Shown here: positions 1 to 13,050 of the stretch, piece by piece
Position numbering within the stretch: the first letter of the stretch is position 1
Layout of the letters: every line of letters starts with the position of its first letter
Origin: Octopus bimaculoides
Taxonomy: Eukaryota
Reading direction: 5' to 3'
Assembly (NCBI RefSeq): GCF_001194135.2
Contig: NC_068984.1
Location: forward strand, 30,908,126 to 30,972,125
Length of the DNA stretch: 64,000 nt
The notes under the pieces: model-generated
What the model was told of the DNA's origin: nothing
Databases searched by the model: none
What the model saw: only the letters and a program-made list of their open reading frames with translations
Program-made: the position numbers and the translations under genes

Positions 1-1969
1 TCTTAGAAACAGGTTAAAAGATGAAATCAAGTCAGCAATGTGGCAATAGAATCAGGTTTGAAATTTGCAAGTTGTACAGTTTTAGCTAAGTTACAGACAT
101 TTTATTGAGTTATTCTTAATGTGTCTTTGACTCAATTAACTAAATGGCATAAACTATGTATTTAAAATAAATATCCATACCTATACATTGTACATCTATA
201 TATGTATATGTTATTTCATAAACACTTTTCATATTGGCATTCACAAATGTTTACACATATAATGTTTCTGCATCAACACACTATACAGACATGTATTTGC
301 TACGACACATACCTTTCTACTTGTTACAGAACATCAATTCAATTCACACCAATCAGATAACAATGGCTTACTTGTCAAGTGCATTACTTGACTGTTCTTC
401 TAAGTGTGTATTCACCCCTCATTTATTATAAAAACAGTTTTTCCCAGGGCTAACTTGTTTTATCTTCTGACAGAACATTTAGAAATGGCTTTAATTAAGT
501 TCTGTAATTTACTTCATTCTGTGGTTCACTCTTAATATGTACAACGTCAGCATAAAACTCTGTTTTCTCAAACTGTTTATTAGTTTGTAACATTTCTTTT
601 AGAAATATAAGTTATGTGTTACTTTATTATATTCTATTTTCCTTTTACATTTTTAGTGTGGTGAGTAGATAGAGCCCATAACCTGTTGCAAGGTCCCATG
701 ATTGGTGGGAGGAATGGAGTAAGATGTCCTGAAACCAGAATCCTGGCTTGAATGCTTCTGATAGTGTGAACTCTTCCAGGTGGTTGAATAAAAGTAGGCA
801 TTGGATTAAGTTTATTATCCAAGTCATTCAAGGCAAAATTTAAACTCAGAAAGCACAGAGTTGGAACAAGTACTGCAAGGCAGCAACTCCAAGATTATTA
901 CAGTGCCACTAATTCACTGCTTTGAATTGGTACCTTTGCGTTGACTATAGTAGGATGAACGATGAAGTTGATCTGAGTAAAATCAGAATGTAATGCACAA
1001 AGTCACAAAACCACAAAGCTTTCTCCAATAACTCAGCTAATTTGCAAACTCAAAATATAACCTCCATTTAATATCTATACATTTTTTTGTGATTGTATAT
1101 CTTTAGACAGTTTGAGAACTGGACTGTCTCTTCTTTGCATAACATCTAGAATTTGTTGTCAAACAGTAATTGGTAAACCTCATAATGTATTTCCTTATGC
1201 AATTTTTACTTATGTTATGTAGTAATTCTTCCTACAACCAATAATTACAATCTTTACAGTTATGGAATATGGTAATTTGAATTGTAAGAAGTTTATGACG
1301 AATTTCTAAAAAGGAAATTACTTTCTTCCAAATAGATACTAAAAAAGATGTGTATCTCCAATGAGATTAAGAAGTAGTACTCCGTTGTACATCTGTTTGG
1401 GTTTTACACAGTGTTTTAGTATGGACGCAACAAATTACAATAACTTTGACAACTTATTTTTATCAAAAATTCTCAAAATTCTTTTTTATTCTTTTTCATT
1501 ATGCTTAAAATTTAAAAATAAAATTGAAGCCGTTTAATTTGTGCTGCTAAACCTTGTTATTTTTACCTACGAATATTTATGAAACAGCCACTTTATCTAA
1601 AATATTCCCTGTGTCCTGCAACTTGCACTTAGACTTTCATGAAGATAGAAAAAGTGAGTCTCTGCATCAGCTAAATTTTAAGAAATTGTGAACCCTTTTG
1701 TTAACATGATATATAGTATCCACAGGTAAGAAGTCTGGTTTAACTATTCTCGTCACGACAAAAGAATTTCTGTAATTTTTTTGTGATATTTCACCCCATT
1801 TTGGAGATGTCTTCACTCTAATAGAGATCAAAAACCACCCAAATACATAAATGTTAGTAGCTGAGAGACAAAACATGAATTTGATAACATGATATTGAGT
1901 ACCTGTCATAGATAATGGAGAACAGATTCCTGATGTGGCAAAATAGGGCTTGATTGTGGGCATTTGAAT

Positions 1970-2012
<43 letters not shown>

Positions 2013-4036
2013 AAGTCAGTAACATTTTATATTTTTTAAGAACTTTATACTGCTGGTATAACATTTTATTCTAATGTATTTTCTGTATGAGATCTGTATC
2101 AATATCTCGTGTCATATATAATTTTTCACTCAGTTATAACTTTTATCATTAATAACTTTCTACATTCATGACAAAAATACGCCGTTTTCAAAATACTTTA
2201 ACCTCTACTTAGCAATAAATACTATCTTCAGCTATATTTAAACACTGGTTTTTCCACCCAACATCTTTCAGCCATCCTGGTTTAATAACTTCTTAAATAC
2301 TGGCAACCTGACTTTTCCCAACAAATTGTGCTCACCATTTTTAAATTAGTTCACATTACATCCTTTTAAAAAATTAATTTGAACCTGATGTGACTGGACT
2401 AGTCTTCCATTGCTACCTCTATTGAGTAATATATTTTAAAGTCAGAATGGCTGATGTATTTTGCTTGGAAACAGTAATTATTTTCTGTTTCAAGACAAAA
2501 ATATTCATAAATCACAAAGAGTGTGAGCATGGTATGATATGAGATAAACTTCTGGTAAAACGATGACTGTCATCGTCTGCCATTCATCTTTCATGTTCTA
2601 CTCCTCTTGCATGCAAAAATTTGAAGAAAAGACAAGAACACCATATCTTTCATTCTATCATCTGTTTCAAGTTATTAAGTTACAACAATAAAATGTCACT
2701 GATTGGGAAATGTCAGATAATTTATTGGTGGCACTAATGCCTGAGATAAACATAAAATAAGATACAAATGAGAGCCCCAGAATTATGATGCTTTCTTCAT
2801 TGCTAGCTGTAAACATGTGTCACTGTCATCATTCTATTAGCAAATCCATATGTAATCCACATCATCATCATATAATAATTCTGCTTGTTTCTCCGTTATT
2901 TAACCTCTCTGTAATGCTTTCAGGTGATTAGTCAAAGGGGATGGGAGGGAAGGGGGTGGCGGGGGACAAAGTTGGAGGGGAGGGGAGAAGGGAGCAGAGA
3001 GGTCAGGAGGGAGTGGAGGGGAGGTCGAAAGGAGGTGGATGAGAGGTGGACGAAAGGTGAAGGGACGAAAGGTGGGGAGGTAGTTGTGAGTGAAATGTGT
3101 AATTTTTATTTTTTGAACTAAGTATTCTTTTCCTCCATTACTTTGCCCATCTGTAACGTTGAGGAGAAAGGCGAATAGTGAAAGAAAAAGGAAGAGAAAG
3201 AAAAAGGAGAGAGAAAAAGTGGGTAAGGCGAAGAGTGAGAGAGAAAGAGGGAGAGTGCAGTGTATTAAGTCTATAAACTGTGCATAAAGTATATAAAGTA
3301 CATTAAGTAATCATCGTATTCCAATTTTCTTCACTTTCCAATGAGTAGCTGATGAATGACTATGTTTTAATACTGAAACAACACAGGCAATGTTTTCAGA
3401 TTTTGGGGATAAAGTTTTCAGAAATAATCCAATAAGTTTACCATTAATTCCATGAAATATTCCCTCGTCACACTAATTATCATAATTGAATTAACATCCA
3501 CTTTTCCATACTGGCATGTGTCAGATAAAATTTCTTGAAACGATTTTTTCACCAATAGAGGTTCTTTCTATTGAAGGCCATTGCTGCTTTCCACGCAATT
3601 TACTATTTCCGTTAGCGTTTTGAATAATGGCTGAACAATTTTACATGGCAGATAGTAAATAAAAGTAACGTTGCACAACTCTTTTACTCCAATGGACTGG
3701 CATCCCATCCAGGTGGGGAATATATATGCCATGAAATCTGGAAATCAGCTCTTATATGTCAGTATGATTCATGAAGATAACTTTATCTTTATCTTTGAAT
3801 AAGTCAAGCCAATGAGTTTGCTATTTTTTTTTTACTCTTGCTTTCTGTTATTTTTTCTTTATTTTTGCTTAATTTTTTCCCATTCTTTTGGGTAGTCACC
3901 TCTAAAATGTGCTTTAATCTGAAACATGAACCACTTGTGGTTCAGCACTGCTTCATTTATTCTGTTCCTTTTGCCTTGGTAACTTGTACTAGGGTCTAGT
4001 TTTTGGAGATCATTAGGATATACAAGTCCATTTTCG

Positions 4037-4200
4037 CCATGATAGCTAGCCACTACACATTCTTTTTTTCTCTCCTTGTTTCTTTCTGTGGAAGAGCGTA
4101 GGCTTGAAATGTTAAAGACTTTTTCACTTCCCGAGCATTATACTAATACATCTGTTTGTTGTATACACCACCTGTCTTTGTCTTTTGTTCTTCTTTTTTC
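4037..4200 (+). repeat. PLE-terminus-derived repeat, family A
   Basis: ...TTTCTGTGGAAGAGCGTAGGCTTGAAATGTTAAAGAC...TACTAATACATCTGTTTG...CACCACCTGTC; related copies at 41130-41310 (+) and 53560-53750 (-). Confidence 0.75.
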
Positions 4201-5135
4201 TTTTGTGCATTCTCTCCATTTTGAAGCTCTCTGACCATATATTGTCTCTCATTAGCCCTGCTCTAATGACTCTCCTATTCTGTGACACAAAAGTCACAAG
4301 CCATGGCTCAATATCTAATGTCTGTTACTGGGATGCTGACATTTCTTTAACTCACATACTGGATCATAGAGGTATAGTCAGAGTTACGTCTAACAATTTT
4401 AGTCAGTGCTTTGGCTTCATCTTATTTTTAAACTTATATCAGAAAGTACCATAACTTTTGCCTCCTTCAGTTGAGATAATTTTTTCCAGCATGCCCTGGA
4501 GAGCTTGATATACTTGAAGTGAGGGGAACATTTATTCACTTCCAACTATTTATGAGTTGAGATATATAATTTTCTTCTTTGCTCTCTCTGAGATTAGTTC
4601 CTGTGGCAAAAAAAATGTTGTTTGGCTTTACAACATTCTTCCATCTCAATGTTTTTTTTTTGTTTTTTTTTTAACTGTGATAGATCAAAATGTTCTATCT
4701 GGTCATTTCATATTGAAGGAAAGTTTTACATCATACAGCTGCTGCATAAATAGTCAACAGTATTTGGAATCCTGTAAGGGCCACTGCTGCTATTGCTGTT
4801 ATCCTTATTGTTGCTGTGAAGGAGTACTGCTTGCATATTCAGTAGCATGAATGCTTAATGACATTTCCTCCATCTTTTCATTCTGAGTTCAAATCCTGCT
4901 ACAGCTGACATTGCCCTTCATCGTTTTGGGGTTGTTGAAATAAGTATCTGTTGGATACTAGGGTCAATGTAATTAACTAACACCTTCCCTACAAATTGCA
5001 GGCTTTGTGCTTATCATTGAAAGGACTATTATTGCTGCTGCTGTCTTCCAAATAAAATATTTAACTATTTGGAATATATTCTTCAATTAATTGCTCATCA
5101 TACTCTTCATGTTCTTATTTTTTGTATATATTTAC

Positions 5136-5230
5136 TTATTTCTTTGCTTCCATTTGGTGTTGCTTCTTAACCACTCTAGTTTCTTGTTTGTATTGCATAA
5201 TTATAGGTGGTAGCCATTTTGGATGTAAAA
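5136..5230 (-). CDS. Candidate terminal coding exon (phase 1; (V)LHPKWLPPIIMQYKQETRVVKKQHQMEAKK*)
   Basis: Minus strand TACATACATTTCAG|TTTTACATCC... open for 30 codons to TAA; the other two frames are closed. No homology recognised. Confidence 0.3.
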
Positions 5231-5721
5231 CTGAAATGTATGTAAATATAATTTTAAAAGTTTGCATTCTGTACTTTAATACCAGATACTGAGGGCAGCT
5301 CCTTCTAAGACAGTTACAGTTCTCTAACAAGTATCATCATGAACATCATTTAACATTCACTTTCCATGCTGACATGAATAGAACAGTTTCGCATGGAACC
5401 AGTGAGCTGCAGGTTTGTGTCTAGTTGCAATGTCATTTTAGGCACAGCTGGATATCCTTCAGGAACCACTTTACTGGGTGCTTTTTGCATACCACCAGCA
5501 CTAGTGAGATAGCTATATAACTAGCTAGAGAGAAAAGAAAAAGGAAAGAGAAAGGAAGAGAGGAAAAGCTCCCACTATTAAGAAGTACTCTAAAACAATT
5601 TCATTTGGAAGTTTAAATAAAACTTCCAAATAAATAAAACAAACTTCAAAGGGAGAAGCAAAAATAATATCTTCAAATATAATAAGTACAATAATAATAA
5701 TGGTTTCAAATAATGGTTTGA

Positions 5722-5953
5722 AGGTGGTGAGCTGGCAGAAATGATAGCATGCCAGGCGAAATGCTTAGTGGCATTTCGTCTGCAGCTATGTTCTGAGTTC
5801 ATATTCTGCTGAGGTCAACTTTGCCTTTCATCCTTTCGTGGCCGATTACATAAATACCAGTTACGCACTGGGGTTGATATAATCAACTTAACCCATTTGT
5901 CTGTCCTTGTTTGTCTCCTCTGTGTGTAACCCCTTGTAGACAGTAAAGAAATA
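5722..5953 (+). mobile_element. tRNA-headed SINE, family 1
   Basis: GGTGGTGAGCTGGCAGAA head, TTCTGAGTTC B-box-like motif, conserved TTTGCCTTTCATCCTTTCG...GAT...ATACCAG body; further copies at ~4840-5030 and 9275-9490. Confidence 0.85.
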
Positions 5954-5959
5954 ATAATG

Positions 5960-6180
5960 GCTTCAAATTTTGGCACAAAGTTAGCAAGCTCAGAGAAAGG
6001 GTTAAGTCAATTACATTGATCCCAGTGCTCAACAGATTTGTATTTTACTGACCCTGAAAGGACCCTGAAAGGACCCTGAAAGGATGAAAGGCAAAGTCAA
6101 CCTTGACAGAATTTGAACTTTGATTGTAAAGATTGATGAAATGGTGATAAGTATTTTGTCTTGTGAGCTAACAATTTCAC
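5960..6180 (-). mobile_element. SINE family 1, inverted and tail-to-tail with the previous copy
   Basis: GAAAGGATGAAAGGCAAAGTCAAC...AGAATTTGAAC is the reverse complement of the body; contains a 3x GACCCTGAAAG tandem at ~6050-6083. Confidence 0.8.
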
Positions 6181-6183
6181 CAG

Positions 6184-6338
6184 GTGGTTGGCGTTAGGAA
6201 GGGCATCCAGCTGTAGAAACTCTGCCAAATCAGACTGGAGCCTGGTGTTGCCATCCGGTTTCACCAGTCCTCAGTCAAATCGTCCAACCCATGCTAGCAT
6301 GGAAAGCGGACGTTAAACGATGATGATGATGATGATGA
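6184..6338 (+). mobile_element. RTE LINE 3' end with (GAT)n tail, inserted into a SINE head
   Basis: Matches the reverse complement of 34209-34362; splits the SINE motif GCTAACAATTTC|TGCC. Confidence 0.9.
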
Positions 6339-6879
6339 TTGCCTGAATGATAATGATATTAATAATAGTAATAAGGATGGACTCTCTCTATGAAGATGAT
6401 GTATGTGTGTTTAGCTTTTGTCAAACGACCAACACAAATGATTTTTTTAATGGTGATCGAATGTATGTGTTGTACATTAGCTCACTCCCTCCATCAAATC
6501 GATGTTGTGAATAAGTGAAAGGTGTACCAAACATCAGGTGCCAAAGTGGTTGATCGCAGAGCAATGTGTTTTGCTCAAGAACACACCAACCGGTCTAGGA
6601 ATTGAAATCACGATCACTAGATCATGAGGACAACATCCTAACCATTAGGCCAGTAATAATGATGATGATGATGATGATAATCTAGACACAAAGCCAGCAG
6701 TTGCAGAGAAAAGAGAATAGTTTATTATATTAGTCCCCTGCAATTGATATGGACTTCTTTTTATCAACCCTGTAGGGAACAAAGGCAAACTGTCTTTGGC
6801 AGGATTCAGATTCAGAACAAATGCCACAAGACAATTTTCTCATGCACTAAGTGAATCTGTCATTCTCATCATTACCACC

Positions 6880-7390
6880 ATCATCATCATCATCATTATC
6901 ATCATCATCATCATTATAATCATCGTTTAACGTTCGTTTTCCATGCTGGTATGGATTGGATGGTTTGACTGAGGACTAACATGCCAGAAGTCTGTAACAG
7001 GCTCCAGTCTGATCTGGCAAGGTTTCTACAGCTGACTGTCCTTCCTAACGCCAACCAATCTGAGAGTGTAGTGGGTGCTTTTTATGTACCACTGGCATGG
7101 GAGCTAGTCAGGTGGCACTGGCACTGATTACATTTGTCTCGTGCTTTTTACATTCCACTGGCATCAGTCACGTTCGGATGGTGCTTTTTACATGCTACCA
7201 GCATGGGAGCCAGTTATAGAGCACTGGCATTGACCATGTTCGGATGGTGCTTTTTACGTGCCACCAGCATGGGGAGCCAGTCAGGTGGCACTGGCATTGA
7301 CCCATGCTTGAATGGGGCTTATTACATGCCACCAGCATGGGTGCCAGTCAGGCGGCACTGGCATCAGCCACAACTACAATTTCACCAAGT
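6880..7390 (-). mobile_element. RTE-family 3' UTR/tail with ~60-bp internal tandem units
   Basis: (CAT)n then CGTTTAACG...CCATGCT, followed by repeated GGTGCTTTTTACRTGCCACCAGCATGGG.GCCAGTCAG..GCACTGGCA units. Related tails at 37520-37935 (+), 44340-44660 (+), 56830-57035 (+) and 52430-52630 (-). Confidence 0.85.
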
Positions 7391-7701
7391 CAACAAGTCT
7401 TCTCAAGCACAGCATCTCACCTGATGATCCAAGGATACTTTTTAAATAGGCTGGTTATGTGATCCTGTGATCTCAATACTGTTGTCATAAGAATGTTTTT
7501 AATTCAGGTACAATGCCAGAAACTTTTGTGTGTAGTGGTTAAGTTGCAACAATCAACCCCTGCAAAATTGATTGTTAGTTTCTTTTATTGGCCCTAGAAT
7601 GATGTAAAACAAAGTTGATCTTGCTAGGTTTTGAACTCAGAACATTAAGAACCAAGGCTTTTTGTCTGATGTTTTATTGATTTTGCCAATCCACTGTCAT
7701 A

Positions 7702-7990
7702 ATGATGATGATGATGATGATGATAGTGGTGGTGGTGGTGGTGGTGGTGGTGGTGGTGGTGGTGGTGNNNNNNNNNNNNNNNNNNNNNNNNNNNNNNNNN
7801 NNNNNNNNNNNNNNNNNNNNNNNNNNNNTGATGATATTGGTGGTGATGATGCCGACAACATCAGGCAATGGTGGTGGTGGTGGTGGTGGTGGTGGTGGTG
7901 GTGGTGGTGGTGGTGGTAGTGTTGGTGATGAAAATGATAGAGATGGTGGGATGAGGATGCTTATGTCAGTGTTAGTGGTGGTAGTAATGG

Positions 7991-8037
<47 letters not shown>

Positions 8038-8261
8038 AACAAATAGAAAATGCCAAATCTTATCACAGCAAGCATGAATTAATAACAAAATATTTGCTGC
8101 TTTCGAAATATGCAAACACATTCCATTTGTTCTATAGTCATAACTGTGTACAAACATATCAACAAGCCCTGTTGCACAAAAGTATACATTTAAATAAATC
8201 ATACGGGAATGCAACACACACACACGCAAAGACACACACACACACACACACCATCATTATT

Positions 8262-8306
<45 letters not shown>
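7702..8306. repeat. (GAT)n/(GGT)n, (CA)n and (CAT)n microsatellite cluster with N-gap 7768-7828
   Basis: Directly visible. Confidence 0.97.
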
Positions 8307-9274
8307 TTTATCAACAAGTAATGGTTTGCCTTTGACTCTTGTAGAAATCTGCATTCATTAGTGCACCTGTCTACAGATTCCTTTCCCAACTGTCATTCTA
8401 CATTTGCAATGCAAGATGTGATTTCAAATATTTACGCTTAAATATGTCTTCACATTTCAGTACATGAGAGAGCTTGCTCTGGTATGTAACCCTCTCCAAG
8501 GAAATCAATTTGCACAGCTTCTTCACTAATAACTTACATATATAAATATTCCTGAATTCCCAGTGCAATTATTGCATATAATTATGTGTTTTATTACATG
8601 TATTATTCTGGCTATGTTGTCTGTTTGATATAGTTTACAAATAAAAGAAGTGTTAGAAAAGATGCACTCACAGACAGCTTACTCCGGTCAAACCTACCTC
8701 ATAGTATGTGGTTGTAACTTATTTTCTAAATAAGCAGAAGCATAAGACCTTAGAGGATAGTGAGCAAGGATTGTATGAATTTAATATCTGTCTTAAAATG
8801 TATTTGATAATTTGTTTCACATATAGAGTGTAACATTTCAATTTTAATATGTGTATGTGTATTTAAAATCTGAAATATTGTCCAAATTTAATTATTGAAA
8901 TTGGTTTAATATTCTCCTTATTAATTTGTGTTATATGACATCTTCCTCTAATGTTTGGAGTTATAATACACCTGGAGCTAATTTCAACTATCGTCTCATC
9001 AAGGTTAATAAAACTAGCGAACTGGTAGCACGAATATTGTTAACTAAATGCGTTCAACTGTACTTTAGATATATTTAAGAATAACACACACACACACCAG
9101 AAAACCAGACATGACTGCATGGTTAAAAATTTCACTTTACAACAAGATAGTTTTGGGTTCTGTCCCTCTGTGTAGCTGCTAAAAATATGACATGAGGCTG
9201 TTGGGGCCTGTCTGCATAGGCATTGATAGTTGGTAGCCCTGTCCTTGGTTACAAATATTACATTTGAATAATAA

Positions 9275-9490
9275 GATGGTGAGCTGGCAGAATCATTAGC
9301 ATGCGAGACAAGATGATTAGCAGCATTTCATCTGTCTTTACATTCTGAGTTCAAATTCTGTTGATGTCGACTTTGCCTTTCATCCTTCAGGGGTCGATAA
9401 AATAAGTAGTAGTAGAACACTGGGGTCGATTTGATTGACTCAGCCCCTCTCCCAAACTCTCTAGTCTTTTGCCAAAAATTTGAAACCAAT
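9275..9490 (+). mobile_element. SINE family 1
   Basis: GGTGAGCTGGCAGAATCATTAGC...TTCTGAGTTCAAATTC...GTCGACTTTGCCTTTCATCCTTCAGGGGTCGATAAAATAAGTA. Confidence 0.88.
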
Positions 9491-9744
9491 ATTACATTCA
9501 AACGAACTACTGAAAGCCAGATTGACATACTGAATTAGTTTGCTACAGCATGGAAAAATCCTGTAGCCAAAAATGAAACTTTCATCTTGACAAAAAACTG
9601 TAGGCTTATTACGTTCCTAAATATCATGTTCAAGCTTTACACAAGCCATCTTAACTAGTCCTTTGAAGATCACAGAAGATCAATAATGTAGTGACTAATG
9701 AGCAAACAAGGGGAAAGAATGACGTGTAGGGATTATTAACCATA

Positions 9745-9930
9745 GTTCACTTCCTGTGTTCCTAACACTTCAACCAAGAAGGTGAAAGCTTCAGTGAAGG
9801 AGTTTTTTGTCTCAAAGTACAGGAACTGGTATCAGCTTGGGATCAAAGAACTGGAAGAAAAGTTGCTTCAAACAGTGCAACACAATGTCCTAAACATTGA
9901 ATGCTTAACTGCTCTTGTAACTTGATGAAT
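9745..9930 (+). mobile_element. Mariner transposase C-terminal fragment
   Basis: EEVKASVKEFFVSKYRNWYQLGIKELEEK-like segment, similar to mariner F..FFASK..DFY..GI..L.ERW. Confidence 0.6.
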
Positions 9931-11224
9931 CAAGCAAATAAGTTACAATATATATGTGTGTCTGTTTTGGGGCATAATCTTAATTTTTAATTAAAATTCA
10001 ATTCAAATCAATAATAGATCAAGAGTCTTACAGAGACTATCGTATATATAAATCATTTATGAGTTAAAGACTTTAGTTTTGTGCACAGACATGAACTTTG
10101 TTTATCATAATTACTAATAAAAAATGTCTGAATAGTTCGTGTCAACTGAAAGGAAGAGTGTGTCTGTACATAAATATAAGAATGGTAATAAATCATTTAG
10201 CTATCTTAAGTATTATCTACCACGAATAATCAGTACAACGGAGGTAGATCTTTGACTAAACAGTTGGTCTATAATATCAAGGGCTTTATGGAGTATGTTG
10301 TGTTGAGCCAGGTTGTTTAGGCATATACAGTACTCAGTTATCAAAGTAGTCCTTTCACATACATCCTAAAAATGGTGCTATTTCTCTTAGCAAGATATAA
10401 CAAACATAATAACACGAGAACCTTAAAGACTGAGACAATTTCGTAACCAACATCATTGAACCAACCTTAGACATGAGTAAATGGGAAAATATGAGAGAAT
10501 TCAGCTGAGACTATACAAACTACCAAGTTACTTAACACTTTCCAGACTCCAGAGAATTAGTTATTTAAGCATTAAGTACTTTCTTTGACTTTATAGTCAC
10601 ATGACCTCGTGAATGTTGTAGTAAGCTGCTGCACCAAGGGAAAGGTATAGTTACACAACTTGTAGTGTTATGAAAACTCAAAATATGTCAGTCATTTAGC
10701 CAACACTACATTTGATAATGCAACTTTAGAGTTTTCACTAATTAGCAAGTATTTACTTGTATCTGTGGGGGGAAATATCTAGAATGGTAGAATAATTTTA
10801 AATATCTGACCTATTCATTTCCAAACTCATACAATAACTGTGGCATAGTGCTTACGAGTGTTGAAATTCAGAATTGTAACCCAGCTTGAGGACAGATTTA
10901 TATTTAGAAAACAACACCTGTAACCGACCAGTGAATGAATCGGTTTAATGAAGTGTATTGTCCAAAAAGGATACAAAAGATGAGGTTAATAGTTCAAAAA
11001 TGCTAATGTTATTTTTGCAACAGCACAGCTAATGATTTTAGATATAATTTACAATGTTGTACAATGTGTGTATGGGTATGTGCCATGTGTGAGTGTGTGA
11101 GAGGGTTTAGTCATGAGGAAAAAAGAATGCTTAGGTTTAATTAAGTGGTATGTAAGGAACACAGATCTAACAAAGCAATAATTTCCTCCCTACAGGGGAA
11201 ATATAACTTTAGAATTTGTGTAAG

Positions 11225-11648
11225 TATAGCTGTGTGGTTAAGAATCTCAATTTGAAGCTTCTTGTCTTTCAGTTTGATCCCACTGGACAACAAGTCACCA
11301 TTGGAAAGTAACTTCTGCAATAGCCTTGGATTAACCAGTGATTAGTGTGTGGCATTTGGTAAACGGATGCACAACAGAAATACACATACATACACGGACA
11401 AGCATGCATATACATATATAAACATGCATATTCATGCACACACAGACACATAAATGTATATATATGCATCTACAAAGAGATATATTCAATTTCTCTCTAC
11501 TAAATCTACTCACAAGTCTTTGGTCAGCCCTGGGCAATAGTAGAAGACACTTGCTGAAGGTACTACATATGGGGATTGAACCTAAAACCACCTGGGCAGA
11601 AAGCAACAAGTATGGTTGTGCAATTCTTAACTACATAGCCATGCCTGT
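11225..11648. mobile_element. Two family-2 SINE heads in inverted orientation around a shared microsatellite
   Basis: 11225-11385 is on + and 11480-11648 on -; both carry the CORE-like/ACTCACAAG block. Confidence 0.7.
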
Positions 11649-11959
11649 TTCTATAGTAATTTTTGCAGATAAGTTTTTGCATGCTTCATTTATTGAAAGA
11701 CAGTACTTGTTAAACTATAGTTACAAATGGTTCTATCATCTGAGTGCAGGAAAAACGGTATTTTTGCTAACCAATCGGTTAGAGGAAGATGGGTACCTAC
11801 ATGCCAGTTGAGTGGTTCTTTTAATATCTGGATGAGATTAAAGTATCTGGCTACAACATTTGGTTATATGAGTCTTTTCTATGAGTCTTTTCTATATTCT
11901 CTAACATACACTTTCTATCGGTTTGTTGGTTCATATATTACATTGCCAGAAATTTAACA

Positions 11960-13050
11960 GGCATTAAAATAGTTCTTGTGTATCAAGATTATTGTCCTAA
12001 GACTTGATAGATGCATCAAGCTCATGTTATTCCGTAACAATATATTTGATTCTCAGTTTAATAAAGCTCCTTACAAAATATTTCTTCCTTCACTAATATT
12101 AAAACAGATGATACAAATAATTATTTGCCTTTTGCAGAATTTTCTGCAGCCCACTTGAATATATCTTACAAATTTGGAAGTAAATGAAATTAGTTCCAAG
12201 TTATAATTGTCTTTCCTTTGTTGTGTTAATTAACATCATTACCTGACCCAATAATGTGACAGAAATCAAATTTGCAAGCAAAAGAGTCATTCTCTTTATT
12301 TTTGATAATAACCCTATTTTAAATCAATTCAAAGAATTTAGAACATCAGCAACTGATGAGATAAAACCAATCTCTGTCTTCCTTGAATTCACAATGTGAT
12401 GAATCAAAATAAACCGATGGTCTTTAATTTAAAATTTCTTTGTGTATTTTTGTCATCTTCTAAGGAATCTAGAATTTCAACTCTATCTACTGCTATCAAT
12501 ATGCTTATTTTAAATTAGCCCTAAGCAACTACATAATCAGTAATCTGCTTATCCTAAGGTGATTGTTAATTATTAAGAGCAGGGAAGCTTTCAAGTCTCT
12601 ATTTTGGATACTCGCCTTCTGCAATTTTGGTTAATAAATAAAATTTTTGCTTTCATTTTTCACTTGAAATGATGTATTGGTGCTAATTCATTGTTCCCTC
12701 CCAGTTTTTCATAACTGATCTCTTCCTTCAACTATGCTAGAAGGCTTCGTTGTCTTCCTTCTATTTTGAATAATTTCTATAACTTTCATAGATTTGCCTG
12801 TGTTCAATCAATGTTAAGAAACATTGTGGTTGGCTTAGATTACGAACGTCCCTGAAGAATGTATATCCCTGTGTTAAACAAAGCATCAATAATCATGGAA
12901 GTTGATAATGAAATATTTTGATATTATCAAATTAGCTGACACAAAGATCCTTCAATTGCAAATATTTCTTACAAAGTGTTCCTGCTAAAATGTGCAGAAA
13001 ATTTGCCATACTGCATTTTATTATAGCTTGTCTAAAACTTACTTTAAACA
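11960..13050 (-). mobile_element. Degenerate hAT (ZMYM1/Tip100-like) transposase remnant
   Basis: Minus-strand fragments VRSFIKLRIKYI / LRNNMSLMHLSSL near 12000-12080 resemble the hAT C-terminal dimerisation motif ERSFSKLKLIK.YLRSTM.QERL; many stops and frameshifts. Confidence 0.45.

Noticed and set aside
634-1963. Protein-like short ORFs at 634-831 and 1667-1963
   Set aside because: No convincing splice context or recognisable motif; possibly decayed transposon sequence.
3840-4550. Possible L1/Tx1-like C-terminal remnant on the minus strand, split by a PLE terminus
   Set aside because: Similarity is too weak to support by eye.
6050-7390. Short direct repeats that could suggest a CRISPR-like array
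   Set aside because: Tandem units without unique spacers, inside eukaryotic retroelements; no cas genes.
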